Shown here piece by piece: positions 17,709-25,560 of a stretch of DNA of 37,561 bases. Made by a program: the position numbers and the translations under genes. The stretch comes from a virus (lineage: Duplodnaviria; Caudoviricetes), in the IMG/VR virus record IMGVR_UViG_3300043415_000050, positions 1-37,561 of that record. One strand, given 5' to 3'. Every line of letters begins with the position of its first letter. Position 1 is the stretch's first letter. Below the pieces are notes generated by a model. That model did not search any database, was not told the DNA's origin, and saw only the letters and a list, made by a program, of their open reading frames with translations.

Positions 17709-17933
17709 ATGATTACGACAGTAACCACCATATTTAACGGCCACCCGCTCACAGTTGAAATTGGCTACGAACCAGGCGAGCCACGCACGTTTGACGATGA
17801 AGGATCAGACGAGGAACTGGAAATCATGCGCGTCTGGTATCAGGGCATTGAAGTCACAGGGTTAATTGGCGAGGACATGCTGGACAAACTGCACGCAAAG
17901 TTGCTGAGCGAAAAGGGGTGCAATGATGACTGA
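17709..17933 (+). CDS. Hypothetical acidic protein
   Basis: ATG at 17709 after GGAG. YEPGEP..DEG..EELEI motif. Confidence 0.7.
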   Translation: MITTVTTIFNGHPLTVEIGYEPGEPRTFDDEGSDEELEIMRVWYQGIEVTGLIGEDMLDKLHAKLLSEKGCNDD

Positions 17934-18474
17934 CCATCTTGTTGACGCCAACAAAAAGGTGGCGCTGTCTGTGGATGATGTGATTAAGATGGCGCGTGAG
18001 GCTGGCATGTTAGTAGTGGATGATCGCCTTATCGCAACAACGGGGCCGTTAATGGCTTTTGCTGCTGCGATTGCCAAGCATGAACGTGAGGAATGCGCAA
18101 AAACGTGTGAAGGCTGGATCGGCCCCAGCTACGAGTTTGACTTGGGCAGGCAGCATTGCGCCAAGAAAATCCGCGAAAGAAGTGATGCGTGGTTGCAGCA
18201 GATTGACGACGAAAACCTGCTGAAAATGGCAGCAAAGGCCGCCGGAATTGAAATTGTTGGCTGGTATAAAGGCTCCCCTATGACTCCGTTGCCGCATCCA
18301 TTTATCAACAACACTCAAGACTGGAACCCGCTTAAGTATGACAAAGACGCACTCGATCTGGCAACGCGGATGGATTTGACCGTCAAGTTTGTTGATAGAG
18401 GCGAGGGCCTGCCCGAATCTTTCCGCAGGGGTATCGTGCTGTATGCAGCAAAAGCGGCAGGTGGCCATGACTGA
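17923..18474 (+). CDS. Hypothetical two-module protein (A+B fusion)
   Basis: The N-half resembles 18467..18703 and the C-half resembles 18909..19184. Confidence 0.75.
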   Translation: MMTDHLVDANKKVALSVDDVIKMAREAGMLVVDDRLIATTGPLMAFAAAIAKHEREECAKTCEGWIGPSYEFDLGRQHCAKKIRERSDAWLQQIDDENLLKMAAKAAGIEIVGWYKGSPMTPLPHPFINNTQDWNPLKYDKDALDLATRMDLTVKFVDRGEGLPESFRRGIVLYAAKAAGGHD

Positions 18475-18703
18475 CGAAGAAATCATCCGCATGGCGCGTG
18501 AAGCTGACAGGGAATGGGATTGCGATAGAAACATGTATGAATGGCTTGAGCATTTTGCCAGACTGGTTGCCGCTCAGGAGCGCGAAGCTTGCGCCAAAAC
18601 ATGCGAATCTATCGCAAGCAATCCCAGTTCACTCTGGAGCGAGTCCGGTTGTTGGGCGCACGCTGCCGAGGCGTGCGCTGCTGAAATCAGGGAGCGGTCA
18701 TGA
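18467..18703 (+). CDS. Hypothetical protein, module A
   Basis: IIRMAREA..FARLVAAQEREACAKTCE..CAAEIRERS. Confidence 0.75.
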   Translation: MTDEEIIRMAREADREWDCDRNMYEWLEHFARLVAAQEREACAKTCESIASNPSSLWSESGCWAHAAEACAAEIRERS

Positions 18704-18912
18704 AACATTGGAAACACGCCCCAGCCTGGGCGAGATACAGGGCAACTGATGGAGACGGGTCTGTCTGGTGGTTTGAGATGCGGCCAGTGGCCGTGCTTTG
18801 TGAGGAAACTACGCACTCTCGCTGGGAAGCGTGGTCAGGCAGGACTGAGCGCGACAGGCGCAGCAAGGGCAATTTTGAGCAGTTTGCTGGGAGTTTGGAG
18901 GCAAGGCCATGA
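18700..18912 (+). CDS. Hypothetical Trp-rich protein, module C
   Basis: W..AP.WA...A.D.DG..WWFE..P...SLEARP. Confidence 0.75.
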   Translation: MKHWKHAPAWARYRATDGDGSVWWFEMRPVAVLCEETTHSRWEAWSGRTERDRRSKGNFEQFAGSLEARP

Positions 18913-19184
18913 GCGATGATGAACTGACTAAACTGGCAGCAGAAGCGTTTGGCATTGATGAATATGAGTCTCAATTTTGGGGATTTGATCCGCTCAATGA
19001 GGATGCCGATGCGTTTAGGCTGGCGGTTAAACTAAAGATTTCAGTTAAGTTTAACAGTAATTTTGTCGGGACTCTTCACGAGGACATTATTGGGTGCGCT
19101 GAGTTTTACTTTACCGATCCTTACGCAGCCACCCGCCGCGCCATTGTCAGGGCTGCTGCTGAGATAGGGAGGGGCATGGAATGA
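18909..19184 (+). CDS. Hypothetical protein, module B
   Basis: LTKLAAEAFG..FDPLNEDADAFRLAVKL..TRRAIVRAAAEIG. Confidence 0.75.
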   Translation: MSDDELTKLAAEAFGIDEYESQFWGFDPLNEDADAFRLAVKLKISVKFNSNFVGTLHEDIIGCAEFYFTDPYAATRRAIVRAAAEIGRGME

Positions 19185-19390
19185 AACCCGACTGGAATGA
19201 CGCGCCAGATTGGGCGCAGTGGTTAGCGATGGATAAAGATGGAACATGGTGGTGGTTCGAGCGAGAGCCGGGAAAAGGCGGTGTTTCATGGGGTGGATGG
19301 GGTCAACTGGATAGTTGCAGGTGTGTAGAAGCCTTTGGGCACCAAATACATGGAAAATTGTGGAGTCAATCATTGGAGCGACGCCCATGA
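19181..19390 (+). CDS. Hypothetical Trp-rich protein, module C paralog
   Basis: DWNDAPDWAQWLAMDKDGTWWWFEREP...SLERRP. Confidence 0.75.
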   Translation: MKPDWNDAPDWAQWLAMDKDGTWWWFEREPGKGGVSWGGWGQLDSCRCVEAFGHQIHGKLWSQSLERRP

Positions 19391-19647
19391 CCGACCGCTA
19401 CCTAGCAGGCACAGCCACGTTACGCACGCCAGCCGAGGAACCGCCACCGGCCAAGACCAAAATACTGTTGCTATCGCCATACGGGATACTCAGCATTGGG
19501 CCTTGGAGCGACTGGTTTGTGGCCTGGGCGCCGCTGCCGAAGATACCGGCTCATATCAAAGAACAAATGAGGATGAAAAGATGCTCTGCCCCATCTGCAA
19601 ACAGTGGACAACAATCAAAGACAGCCGTCAGACCAAGCTTAACATGA
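19387..19647 (+). CDS. Hypothetical protein (DUF551-like W.PLP motif)
   Basis: EEPPP..KILLL..G...VAWAPLPK. ATGA-coupled start at 19387. Confidence 0.65.
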   Translation: MTDRYLAGTATLRTPAEEPPPAKTKILLLSPYGILSIGPWSDWFVAWAPLPKIPAHIKEQMRMKRCSAPSANSGQQSKTAVRPSLT

Positions 19648-19781
19648 CGCGCCGCCGCCACGAGTGCGGGAACGGCCATCGGTTTAACACGCTTGAGATG
19701 ACCGTGCAGTTTTACGCCGAAATTACGGGAATCGACATGGGAAAGCTTGCTGAGATCAAGCATGACGGTGATATAATTTAA
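19581..19781 (+). CDS. NrdR-N-like zinc-ribbon protein (66 aa)
   Basis: MLCPIC...IKDSR...TRRRHECGNGHRFNTLE. ATG at 19581 after GAGG. Confidence 0.8.
   Translation: MLCPICKQWTTIKDSRQTKLNMTRRRHECGNGHRFNTLEMTVQFYAEITGIDMGKLAEIKHDGDII
19769..19777 (+). promoter_or_regulatory. Extended -10 promoter
   Basis: TGaTATAAT, a perfect extended -10, with no credible CDS downstream. Confidence 0.7.
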
Positions 19782-19782
19782 C

Positions 19783-20042
19783 GGCAGGCCATGGCCCACT
19801 GCTGACCGAGGGGAAAGGCCTTTCTGGTGGCGCATCGACCAGTTACCCCGATGCCTGACACGTCCGAACAGGGGGCGGCGTACCGGTAACGGCGCCTGAC
19901 ACAGGTAATCCTGCGAGCCGGTGGAAGGCCGGCATCATTATCCATAGGGATGACGGCTTATATACGGTCAGTCGTCATCCCTGCGGGTAATGTGTATTCA
20001 ATCGACCCCGCAGAGCCTCATGCTTGCCGTGGGGCTTTTTTA
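19783..20042 (+). ncRNA. Unidentified ~255-nt structured RNA
   Basis: Bounded by a promoter and a terminator. Contains an H-type pseudoknot, at least five hairpins and GCCTGACAC twice. Confidence 0.62.
20014..20042 (+). terminator. Intrinsic terminator (rightward)
   Basis: AGCCTCATG-CTTGC-CGTGGGGCT followed by a T tract. Confidence 0.8.
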
Positions 20043-20047
20043 TGGGC

Positions 20048-20075
20048 AAAAAAAACCGCTAGGGGTGCTAGCGGT
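20048..20075 (-). terminator. Intrinsic terminator of the late/lysis transcript
   Basis: ACCGCTAG-CACCC-CTAGCGGT followed by T7 on the minus strand. Confidence 0.85.
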
Positions 20076-20126
20076 CAAGTACGCCACAAAGGCCTGAGAA
20101 CCATATCGATCATTATCTCGGAATGG

Positions 20127-20188
20127 TGGTAGAATAGCAAGGCGGCTAGGGTAGCTCCTGAACCACTGTAAAACCGACAGTGTGCCGC
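20127..20188 (+). ncRNA. Three-way-junction RNA (c4-antisense-like), orphan copy C, with extended -10
   Basis: TGgTAGAAT promoter, GCGGC/GCCGC closing stem, AGGG-TAGC-TCCT hairpin, GAA linker and CACTGT-AAAACCG-ACAGTG hairpin. Confidence 0.68.
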
Positions 20189-20206
20189 GCTTCTGAACGA
20201 TAACGG

Positions 20207-20617
20207 CTATTCTGGCCGCTTCCCGTCAATCAGCTCCTGTATCGACAACCCACCAGTCCATTGCAGGTGAGCCATCTCGCGGAACCGCTTCCAGCGTCCA
20301 GCCCACTCCAGCCCGCACGTTTCGCCGATTTCGCCGCATTTCCGGAACAAATCAAGGTCAATCCAGTCAATCTTGCCGTGCTTCAATGGCGCAAAGTCAA
20401 ACGCTAAGCCGTAGTTATGATATGAATGACCTGGTGGCGCGTTAGTAACCTTCGCGCCTGGTATTGTGCGCCCTTTGGCATACAATGCCGCCTGATCTTC
20501 CATCGAGCGCAGCGTGCTGGTAATAATTACGTCAATGCCTGCCGCTTCACACGCCAGTATGAAAGCCTTGCAGCGTTTGCGTACCTTGGGGTAAAGGTCG
20601 TCGATGGAGCGGCTCAT
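20207..20617 (-). CDS. Endolysin, M15 L-Ala-D-Glu peptidase family
   Basis: TLRS..Q..LYAKGRT, SYHNYGLAFD and EWAGRW..EMAHLQ motifs. Start at ATG 20617. Confidence 0.92.
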   Translation of the reverse strand: MSRSIDDLYPKVRKRCKAFILACEAAGIDVIITSTLRSMEDQAALYAKGRTIPGAKVTNAPPGHSYHNYGLAFDFAPLKHGKIDWIDLDLFRKCGEIGETCGLEWAGRWKRFREMAHLQWTGGLSIQELIDGKRPE

Positions 20618-20880
20618 TCTGTGTACCCGTACGACGCAAACACCAGCCACGCGCCTTTAAACTGGCCGTGGAACGATTCAGACAGTCTTGGCCTATCATC
20701 AAACGGTTTATGAATGAAGCCATCGCATCCAGATTCAGGACTCACAAACACTGGATGACACTGGCAATCGTCAATGCTGTGTTTTTCAGAATCGCACAAT
20801 GGTATGTAATGCGTGGCATCCTGCCCTATAACGTATTCAAGGCGCCACATGTCTTTGTCAGTTATGGCGTTTGCGCTCAC
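20614..20880 (-). CDS. Hypothetical His/Cys-rich protein in the lysis cassette
   Basis: H.IP..D...H....CQCHP....H..FD.R. Coupled at both ends (GTGA and ATGA overlaps). Confidence 0.7.
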   Translation of the reverse strand: MSANAITDKDMWRLEYVIGQDATHYIPLCDSEKHSIDDCQCHPVFVSPESGCDGFIHKPFDDRPRLSESFHGQFKGAWLVFASYGYTE

Positions 20881-21083
20881 GTCACCACCCCTTTTTCCTT
20901 CAACCACAAGTACAGCCCGATAGTCACAACACCCACAATCCAGAACATTTTTTCGATGATAGATTTTCCAACTGCCTTGTAAGCTGTCTCGGTCAGTTTA
21001 TAAACCGCCATGTCAGCCGCACGGCCAGCTATCTCGTCAATTTGCTCATCAGTGAGCCACGTTTTTTCCCGTTCGATACTCAT
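20877..21083 (-). CDS. Small membrane protein (holin/antiholin-like)
   Basis: One C-terminal TM segment. Located in the lysis cassette. Confidence 0.65.
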   Translation of the reverse strand: MSIEREKTWLTDEQIDEIAGRAADMAVYKLTETAYKAVGKSIIEKMFWIVGVVTIGLYLWLKEKGVVT

Positions 21084-21253
21084 TTCAGTTTATCCGGCCA
21101 TAACGCACCAACAACTCCGACAGCGGCCATGCCAAGACTGGCGATGTGTTCCGCCTGATCGTCACTGACTTGCATCAATCCCAAGCTGGTCATGATCCAG
21201 ATAATGCCGCGCCATGTGCTGCCTTCCGACAGTCGAGCCAGTATGTATGTCAT
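21080..21253 (-). CDS. Probable holin (57 aa, two TM; below the ORF track cutoff)
   Basis: MTYILARLSEGSTWRGIIWIMTSLGLMQVSDDQAEHIASLGMAAVGVVGALWPDKLK. Confidence 0.72.
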   Translation of the reverse strand: MTYILARLSEGSTWRGIIWIMTSLGLMQVSDDQAEHIASLGMAAVGVVGALWPDKLK

Positions 21254-21254
21254 G

Positions 21255-22301
21255 TCAGTGTCCTATAGCCAGCCAGTAATAACTGTTTGCCGCGCTACCT
21301 TTGGCGACAAAGCCTGATGCGGTAGTGCTTACCACGCTGGAGTAATGCACGTTGGAGTCGTATGACTGGATAAACACGGCCAGCGTGCTAGTCGGAAACG
21401 CGGCAGGGTAGTTGATCGCGGTGTTTGTCGTGTTAATCGTGTCAAAACCCCACTTAACCAGCAGGTTGCCGCTGGCAGTTGGCAGCAACAACGCACCAGC
21501 AGCGGCCAATGTTGCGGTAATGTCATCCGCAGTTAGCACGGCATCGCCGTTGACTGTTAACGCGCTGAAATCAGTCTGGGTGGTGGTGATCGGCCAATCA
21601 GTGTAATCGGTGTTATCTACGCTAAACGTAGCTGCTGATCCGTCCCAGCCGATGTAGAGATTCTCGGCAGCTGGGCCGGTAGAGTCACCAGTGCCGACCG
21701 CAATCGGGATACTGCTTGGATCAGTTTCGATAATGCCGTACGCTACCGCGCTGATGCCCGTCAGGTTGCCGCTGTCGCACACAACAAACACGGTAGTAAT
21801 GTCAGACGCGCCGTTATAGTTCGCCGCGCTAATGCGCCCGTAGACCGTGCCAGCGGTAGCCGTAGCGCGTATGCGCCGATTGTCCTGAAATGTCGTCAGG
21901 TAATCGCCTTCCACATAGAACGAGATAGACGTGTCAGGATTGACAGTAGCGGCAGTGAACTGAGTCCAGTTTGAGACCGCGAGCTGTGCGTTTACATCGT
22001 TGATACCGCTAATGTTGTCGAACGTGCTGATGACTACGCCGTGTGACTGCCCGTATGATGGCGCAGTCTCAAGGATCATCTTGTACGCCTGACCGCCAGT
22101 CAGCCAGATTTCACCGCCAGTTTCACCGCGTGCGTTGAGCTGTATGGGGTTGCTCCATGCAACAGTTCCGGCTTGATCCTGATAAGCGGCTACTGGCGTG
22201 GACGTGCCGGCCTCATAAAACCAGATCAGGCCGGAGGACAGGAACGTGCCATCGTCTGAAAATTGCGGGTCTTGAAGAAGGGGGGATAGGTAGCAGGTCA
22301 T
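21255..22301 (-). CDS. Tail fibre with podovirus head-binding-type N-terminus and gp53-like C-terminal domain
   Basis: G..L..G.IWFYEAGTSTP..Y.D....NPIQLNARGE at the N-terminus and LVKWG...YPAAFP...YWLAIGH at the C-terminus. Confidence 0.8.
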   Translation of the reverse strand: MTCYLSPLLQDPQFSDDGTFLSSGLIWFYEAGTSTPVAAYQDQAGTVAWSNPIQLNARGETGGEIWLTGGQAYKMILETAPSYGQSHGVVISTFDNISGINDVNAQLAVSNWTQFTAATVNPDTSISFYVEGDYLTTFQDNRRIRATATAGTVYGRISAANYNGASDITTVFVVCDSGNLTGISAVAYGIIETDPSSIPIAVGTGDSTGPAAENLYIGWDGSAATFSVDNTDYTDWPITTTQTDFSALTVNGDAVLTADDITATLAAAGALLLPTASGNLLVKWGFDTINTTNTAINYPAAFPTSTLAVFIQSYDSNVHYSSVVSTTASGFVAKGSAANSYYWLAIGH

Positions 22302-22302
22302 G

Positions 22303-23937
22303 TCAATATCCTTGTCTGGTTCCGATAGCCGCACCAGTGGCAGCAGCAGGCATTCTGGCTAGGTCAAGCAATGATACCGCACCACGGCGCATTCTGCCTG
22401 GTTCGCTAATAGCTTGGCGTACAAGATAATCTTGAACGGCTGGAGACCACGCAGCATGACTTCCGGCGTAGGCAGCAAGGGCGGCAGGCGCTTGACCTAT
22501 GGAATGAGCCAAACCAAGGGAGACAAGATCAGAAATGGCAGACCTTGGCGCAGTTCCGGATTCTGGGAACTTGTTACCCATCAATTCCACGTTTTTACGC
22601 CCCCAATCTGTCCATTCTGATTTATTTCTGGCGAAATTACCTTTCCAGCGCGAAGTATCTTCTTTTCTCAGTTGTTGCAGCAAGTTTGCTGGCGTTGCAA
22701 GCTCGCTGCCCACGCTGCTGCTTGATGCGGAACCTAGCAAAGCCAGTTTGCGATATGCCGCATCAGCGTTGCGCAAGATGTCGCCATACCCTGGATTTTC
22801 CTGTTCCATCATGTCAGTGAGAGCTGTTTTAACTTCGCCAAACTTTCTGCTCATGATGGGGTCGCCGGATTTTTCAAATTTTGCCAAAAGTTTTTCCAGC
22901 TCAGAATCTATAATCTTGATTGTTTCGCCTGATACTTTTTTGTCTGGATCAAAATGCAATCCAACAGTATCCTTGAAAATTGAGTCAAACTTTCGCCCCA
23001 TATCTTCTGTTATGTCGTACATTTCGCCGCGTATTGCAGTCAATCTGTCGCTAAGTTCTGGCGTAACCCTGCCTTCTGAGTTCTTGGCAAGATCATCATA
23101 AACCTTGTCAACGGCGCGATATGCTTTTTCAATGCCTGAAGCACCTGCCTTGATATCACCAATGTCGGTGTATTGCTGGTTTAGTATCTTGCGCCCAAGC
23201 AACGCAACGTCAGTTGCATCTGATTCAGCCACGCTGCCAAGCCCTGTATTCAATTCATCAATGATATTGCGCAACGATGCAGTATTGAACGATTCCAGCG
23301 CCCTTGACTGCGCCCGCTGAATGTTTGAACCAATGAATGGAATAGACGTCATCTTTTCTTCTGTCTGTTTCCATCCTTCGCCAAGTGCTTGCGCTAGTGT
23401 TGGCCTAACGCCTTTCTCAACCAGTTCGCGCACGTTTTCGCCGGCTACAGGGCCGCGCAACATGCTGGACAATCCGCGAACTGCTGATTCACCAAGAGCA
23501 GAACCAGTGGCACCATATAATGCCTCTTTGCCTCTGTGTTCTGGCGCAAGCGCAAATGCCCGTGTTGCCGCATCAATAGCGCGACCACGGAGAGAGCCTG
23601 CGCCGCTTCTCATCAAATACGCCTGCATTGCCAAATCACCAAACTCAGCAGGCATTCCCGCCTGTTCCTCATAGGCTTTCATGCGGTCAAGTTCGGCAAT
23701 ATCTTCTGGAGGCAAATCGCCAAACATTCCCTTCAGCCCACGCCCAGCACGCCGCAATGCAATGGCTGCGCCTTTGGCAAACTGTTTCGGTATGCCTTCG
23801 CCGCGTGGATTATCGAGGCTAATGCTAAAAAAATCTCCAGCCTGCGGCCTTGCCCTTGCAGTCTCAACGCCTGACCAGTCCTGCTCCCAAGGTGCAGCGC
23901 CAGTTGTTTCCCATTCTTGTTCCCATGGATTAGGCAC
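22303..23937 (-). CDS. Probable DNA ejection (internal virion) protein
   Basis: Large Ala/Gly-rich helical protein, third of the ejection trio. Confidence 0.65.
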   Translation of the reverse strand: MPNPWEQEWETTGAAPWEQDWSGVETARARPQAGDFFSISLDNPRGEGIPKQFAKGAAIALRRAGRGLKGMFGDLPPEDIAELDRMKAYEEQAGMPAEFGDLAMQAYLMRSGAGSLRGRAIDAATRAFALAPEHRGKEALYGATGSALGESAVRGLSSMLRGPVAGENVRELVEKGVRPTLAQALGEGWKQTEEKMTSIPFIGSNIQRAQSRALESFNTASLRNIIDELNTGLGSVAESDATDVALLGRKILNQQYTDIGDIKAGASGIEKAYRAVDKVYDDLAKNSEGRVTPELSDRLTAIRGEMYDITEDMGRKFDSIFKDTVGLHFDPDKKVSGETIKIIDSELEKLLAKFEKSGDPIMSRKFGEVKTALTDMMEQENPGYGDILRNADAAYRKLALLGSASSSSVGSELATPANLLQQLRKEDTSRWKGNFARNKSEWTDWGRKNVELMGNKFPESGTAPRSAISDLVSLGLAHSIGQAPAALAAYAGSHAAWSPAVQDYLVRQAISEPGRMRRGAVSLLDLARMPAAATGAAIGTRQGY

Positions 23938-23939
23938 TG

Positions 23940-25559
23940 TTATTTCCTCCAGCTTGCAGGGTTTTTAGGATCGCCGCCAAGATATTCATGACCGCTTACA
24001 ATGTCACCAATTCGCAGTTGTTTTGGTTTTGCTGATGGCGCTGTCGGCATGTCCGAGTATTGCTGAGATTCTGCTTTTGGTTTTGTTGCGTCAAGCTCAG
24101 ACACAAGCGCATCGTAATCAGACGGTTCCGGCGTTTTCACCTTGCCAGACATTCTGTTACTGATCTGTTTGGCTTCTTCCTTGCTGATCTTGCCTTCGCC
24201 TATCATTTTTCTGATCTGGTCTGGCGTTGGTTTTGATTTCGTCACAATCCTGTCGCGCATAAGGCGCAAATACTCGCCCAGCGGTTGCAATCTTTCACCG
24301 GCTGGAGTTCCGCTTGCCGCGTCACCAACTTGCAGCAATTTAGCCCTAAGATCAGCGTCAGATTGTGGGCCAGGTGAGTTTGCAATTCCACTGGCAAGCT
24401 GCTGAACAATGGTATTCAATGCCGCCGTTTGTTCGCCGCCTGGGATGCTTACGCCCATGTAATTGGCTAGTTTATTCAGCAATACTTCAGTTGGAGACGT
24501 CAAAGACTGACTAATAATGCTTTCAAGTTCCTTTGGTGATCTCATGCCCATGTATGACTCAAGGCTTTTCTGAACTTCCTGTTCTTCAGCGGCTTTCATT
24601 TCTGCCGATTTTTTCTGTCCAGCGGTTTCAACGTCCTTTTCTTGTTTGAGCGTTGCCGCCTGCTCTGGCGTATACAATCCACCAGCGCCACCAACTGCAC
24701 CAGCCCTGCGATTGATTTCAGCTGTAGCCAGTGGTCTTTCTTCCGGCAAGCCTTTGCTTGCAATAGTTGCCAGTGCCTTGTCGGACATTTTTGTAAAATC
24801 TGCCATCTGACCGCCGCCAGTTTGTGGCGCAGGCATACCACCGCCCATGCCGCCACCGTAACCACCGCCAAGCCCAGGCACGGGGGGTTTAAACGTGGGG
24901 TAGCCATCAACCATAACGACTTCACCAAGCGCTTGCGCTGGTGTCGGCTGCACGCCAGCGGCCATGCGGCCAGACTGTGCGCCAAATGCCGCCGCTTCTT
25001 CCTGGTCAGCTTTCAAGCGGTTGGTATACACGCCAGAACCGGCGGCAACATACTCTAGCGATTCAGGCGAGTGAATTTTGTCATTTAGCGGCTGGCCAAA
25101 CCCGATGCCCATCTGCTCCAGTATCGGCGCAGTCCGGCCAACATCGATAAAAAACTGCTGGCGTGCCTGTTGTTCCGGCATTCCGCTGTCCATGCTCATG
25201 TGGAACTTGTCGATCAGCGGCACAATCGCTTGCGCTTGCTGCTTCATAACAGTTTGCTGCATTTCCTGCTGCGTCTTGGCCGTGCCTGCCAGATTCTTGT
25301 TGATGTCTGTCAGCGTTTTCTGCGCCTTAAACTGAAAATCAGGATACTTCAACGCCAGTTCAGGCCGATACGCTGCTATCTGCTCAACGCCGGCCTGTGG
25401 ATTCTCTCTAAGAAGCTGGCGCAATCCTCTGGTGGCTTCCAATTCATCGTATAGCGCCGCGTTTTCAATGCCGCCACGGATGGATTTCTGCACCGATTCA
25501 CGGGCAGCAGGTTCAGCGCCGTAAAGCATACGGGTTAATTCGAGAAGATCACTGGCCAT
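23940..25559 (-). CDS. Probable DNA ejection (internal virion) protein
   Basis: Gln/Ala-rich helical protein. Start moved to ATG 25559 (GGAG upstream). Confidence 0.65.
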   Translation of the reverse strand: MASDLLELTRMLYGAEPAARESVQKSIRGGIENAALYDELEATRGLRQLLRENPQAGVEQIAAYRPELALKYPDFQFKAQKTLTDINKNLAGTAKTQQEMQQTVMKQQAQAIVPLIDKFHMSMDSGMPEQQARQQFFIDVGRTAPILEQMGIGFGQPLNDKIHSPESLEYVAAGSGVYTNRLKADQEEAAAFGAQSGRMAAGVQPTPAQALGEVVMVDGYPTFKPPVPGLGGGYGGGMGGGMPAPQTGGGQMADFTKMSDKALATIASKGLPEERPLATAEINRRAGAVGGAGGLYTPEQAATLKQEKDVETAGQKKSAEMKAAEEQEVQKSLESYMGMRSPKELESIISQSLTSPTEVLLNKLANYMGVSIPGGEQTAALNTIVQQLASGIANSPGPQSDADLRAKLLQVGDAASGTPAGERLQPLGEYLRLMRDRIVTKSKPTPDQIRKMIGEGKISKEEAKQISNRMSGKVKTPEPSDYDALVSELDATKPKAESQQYSDMPTAPSAKPKQLRIGDIVSGHEYLGGDPKNPASWRK

Positions 25560-25560
25560 G

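Noticed and set aside
19801-19820. Hammerhead ribozyme (CTGACCGAG...GAAA)
   Set aside because: The core deviates from CUGANGA and there is no room for stem II.
19950-20132. 60-aa ORF in the intergenic region
   Set aside because: It runs through two terminators and long stems and has no recognisable protein features.
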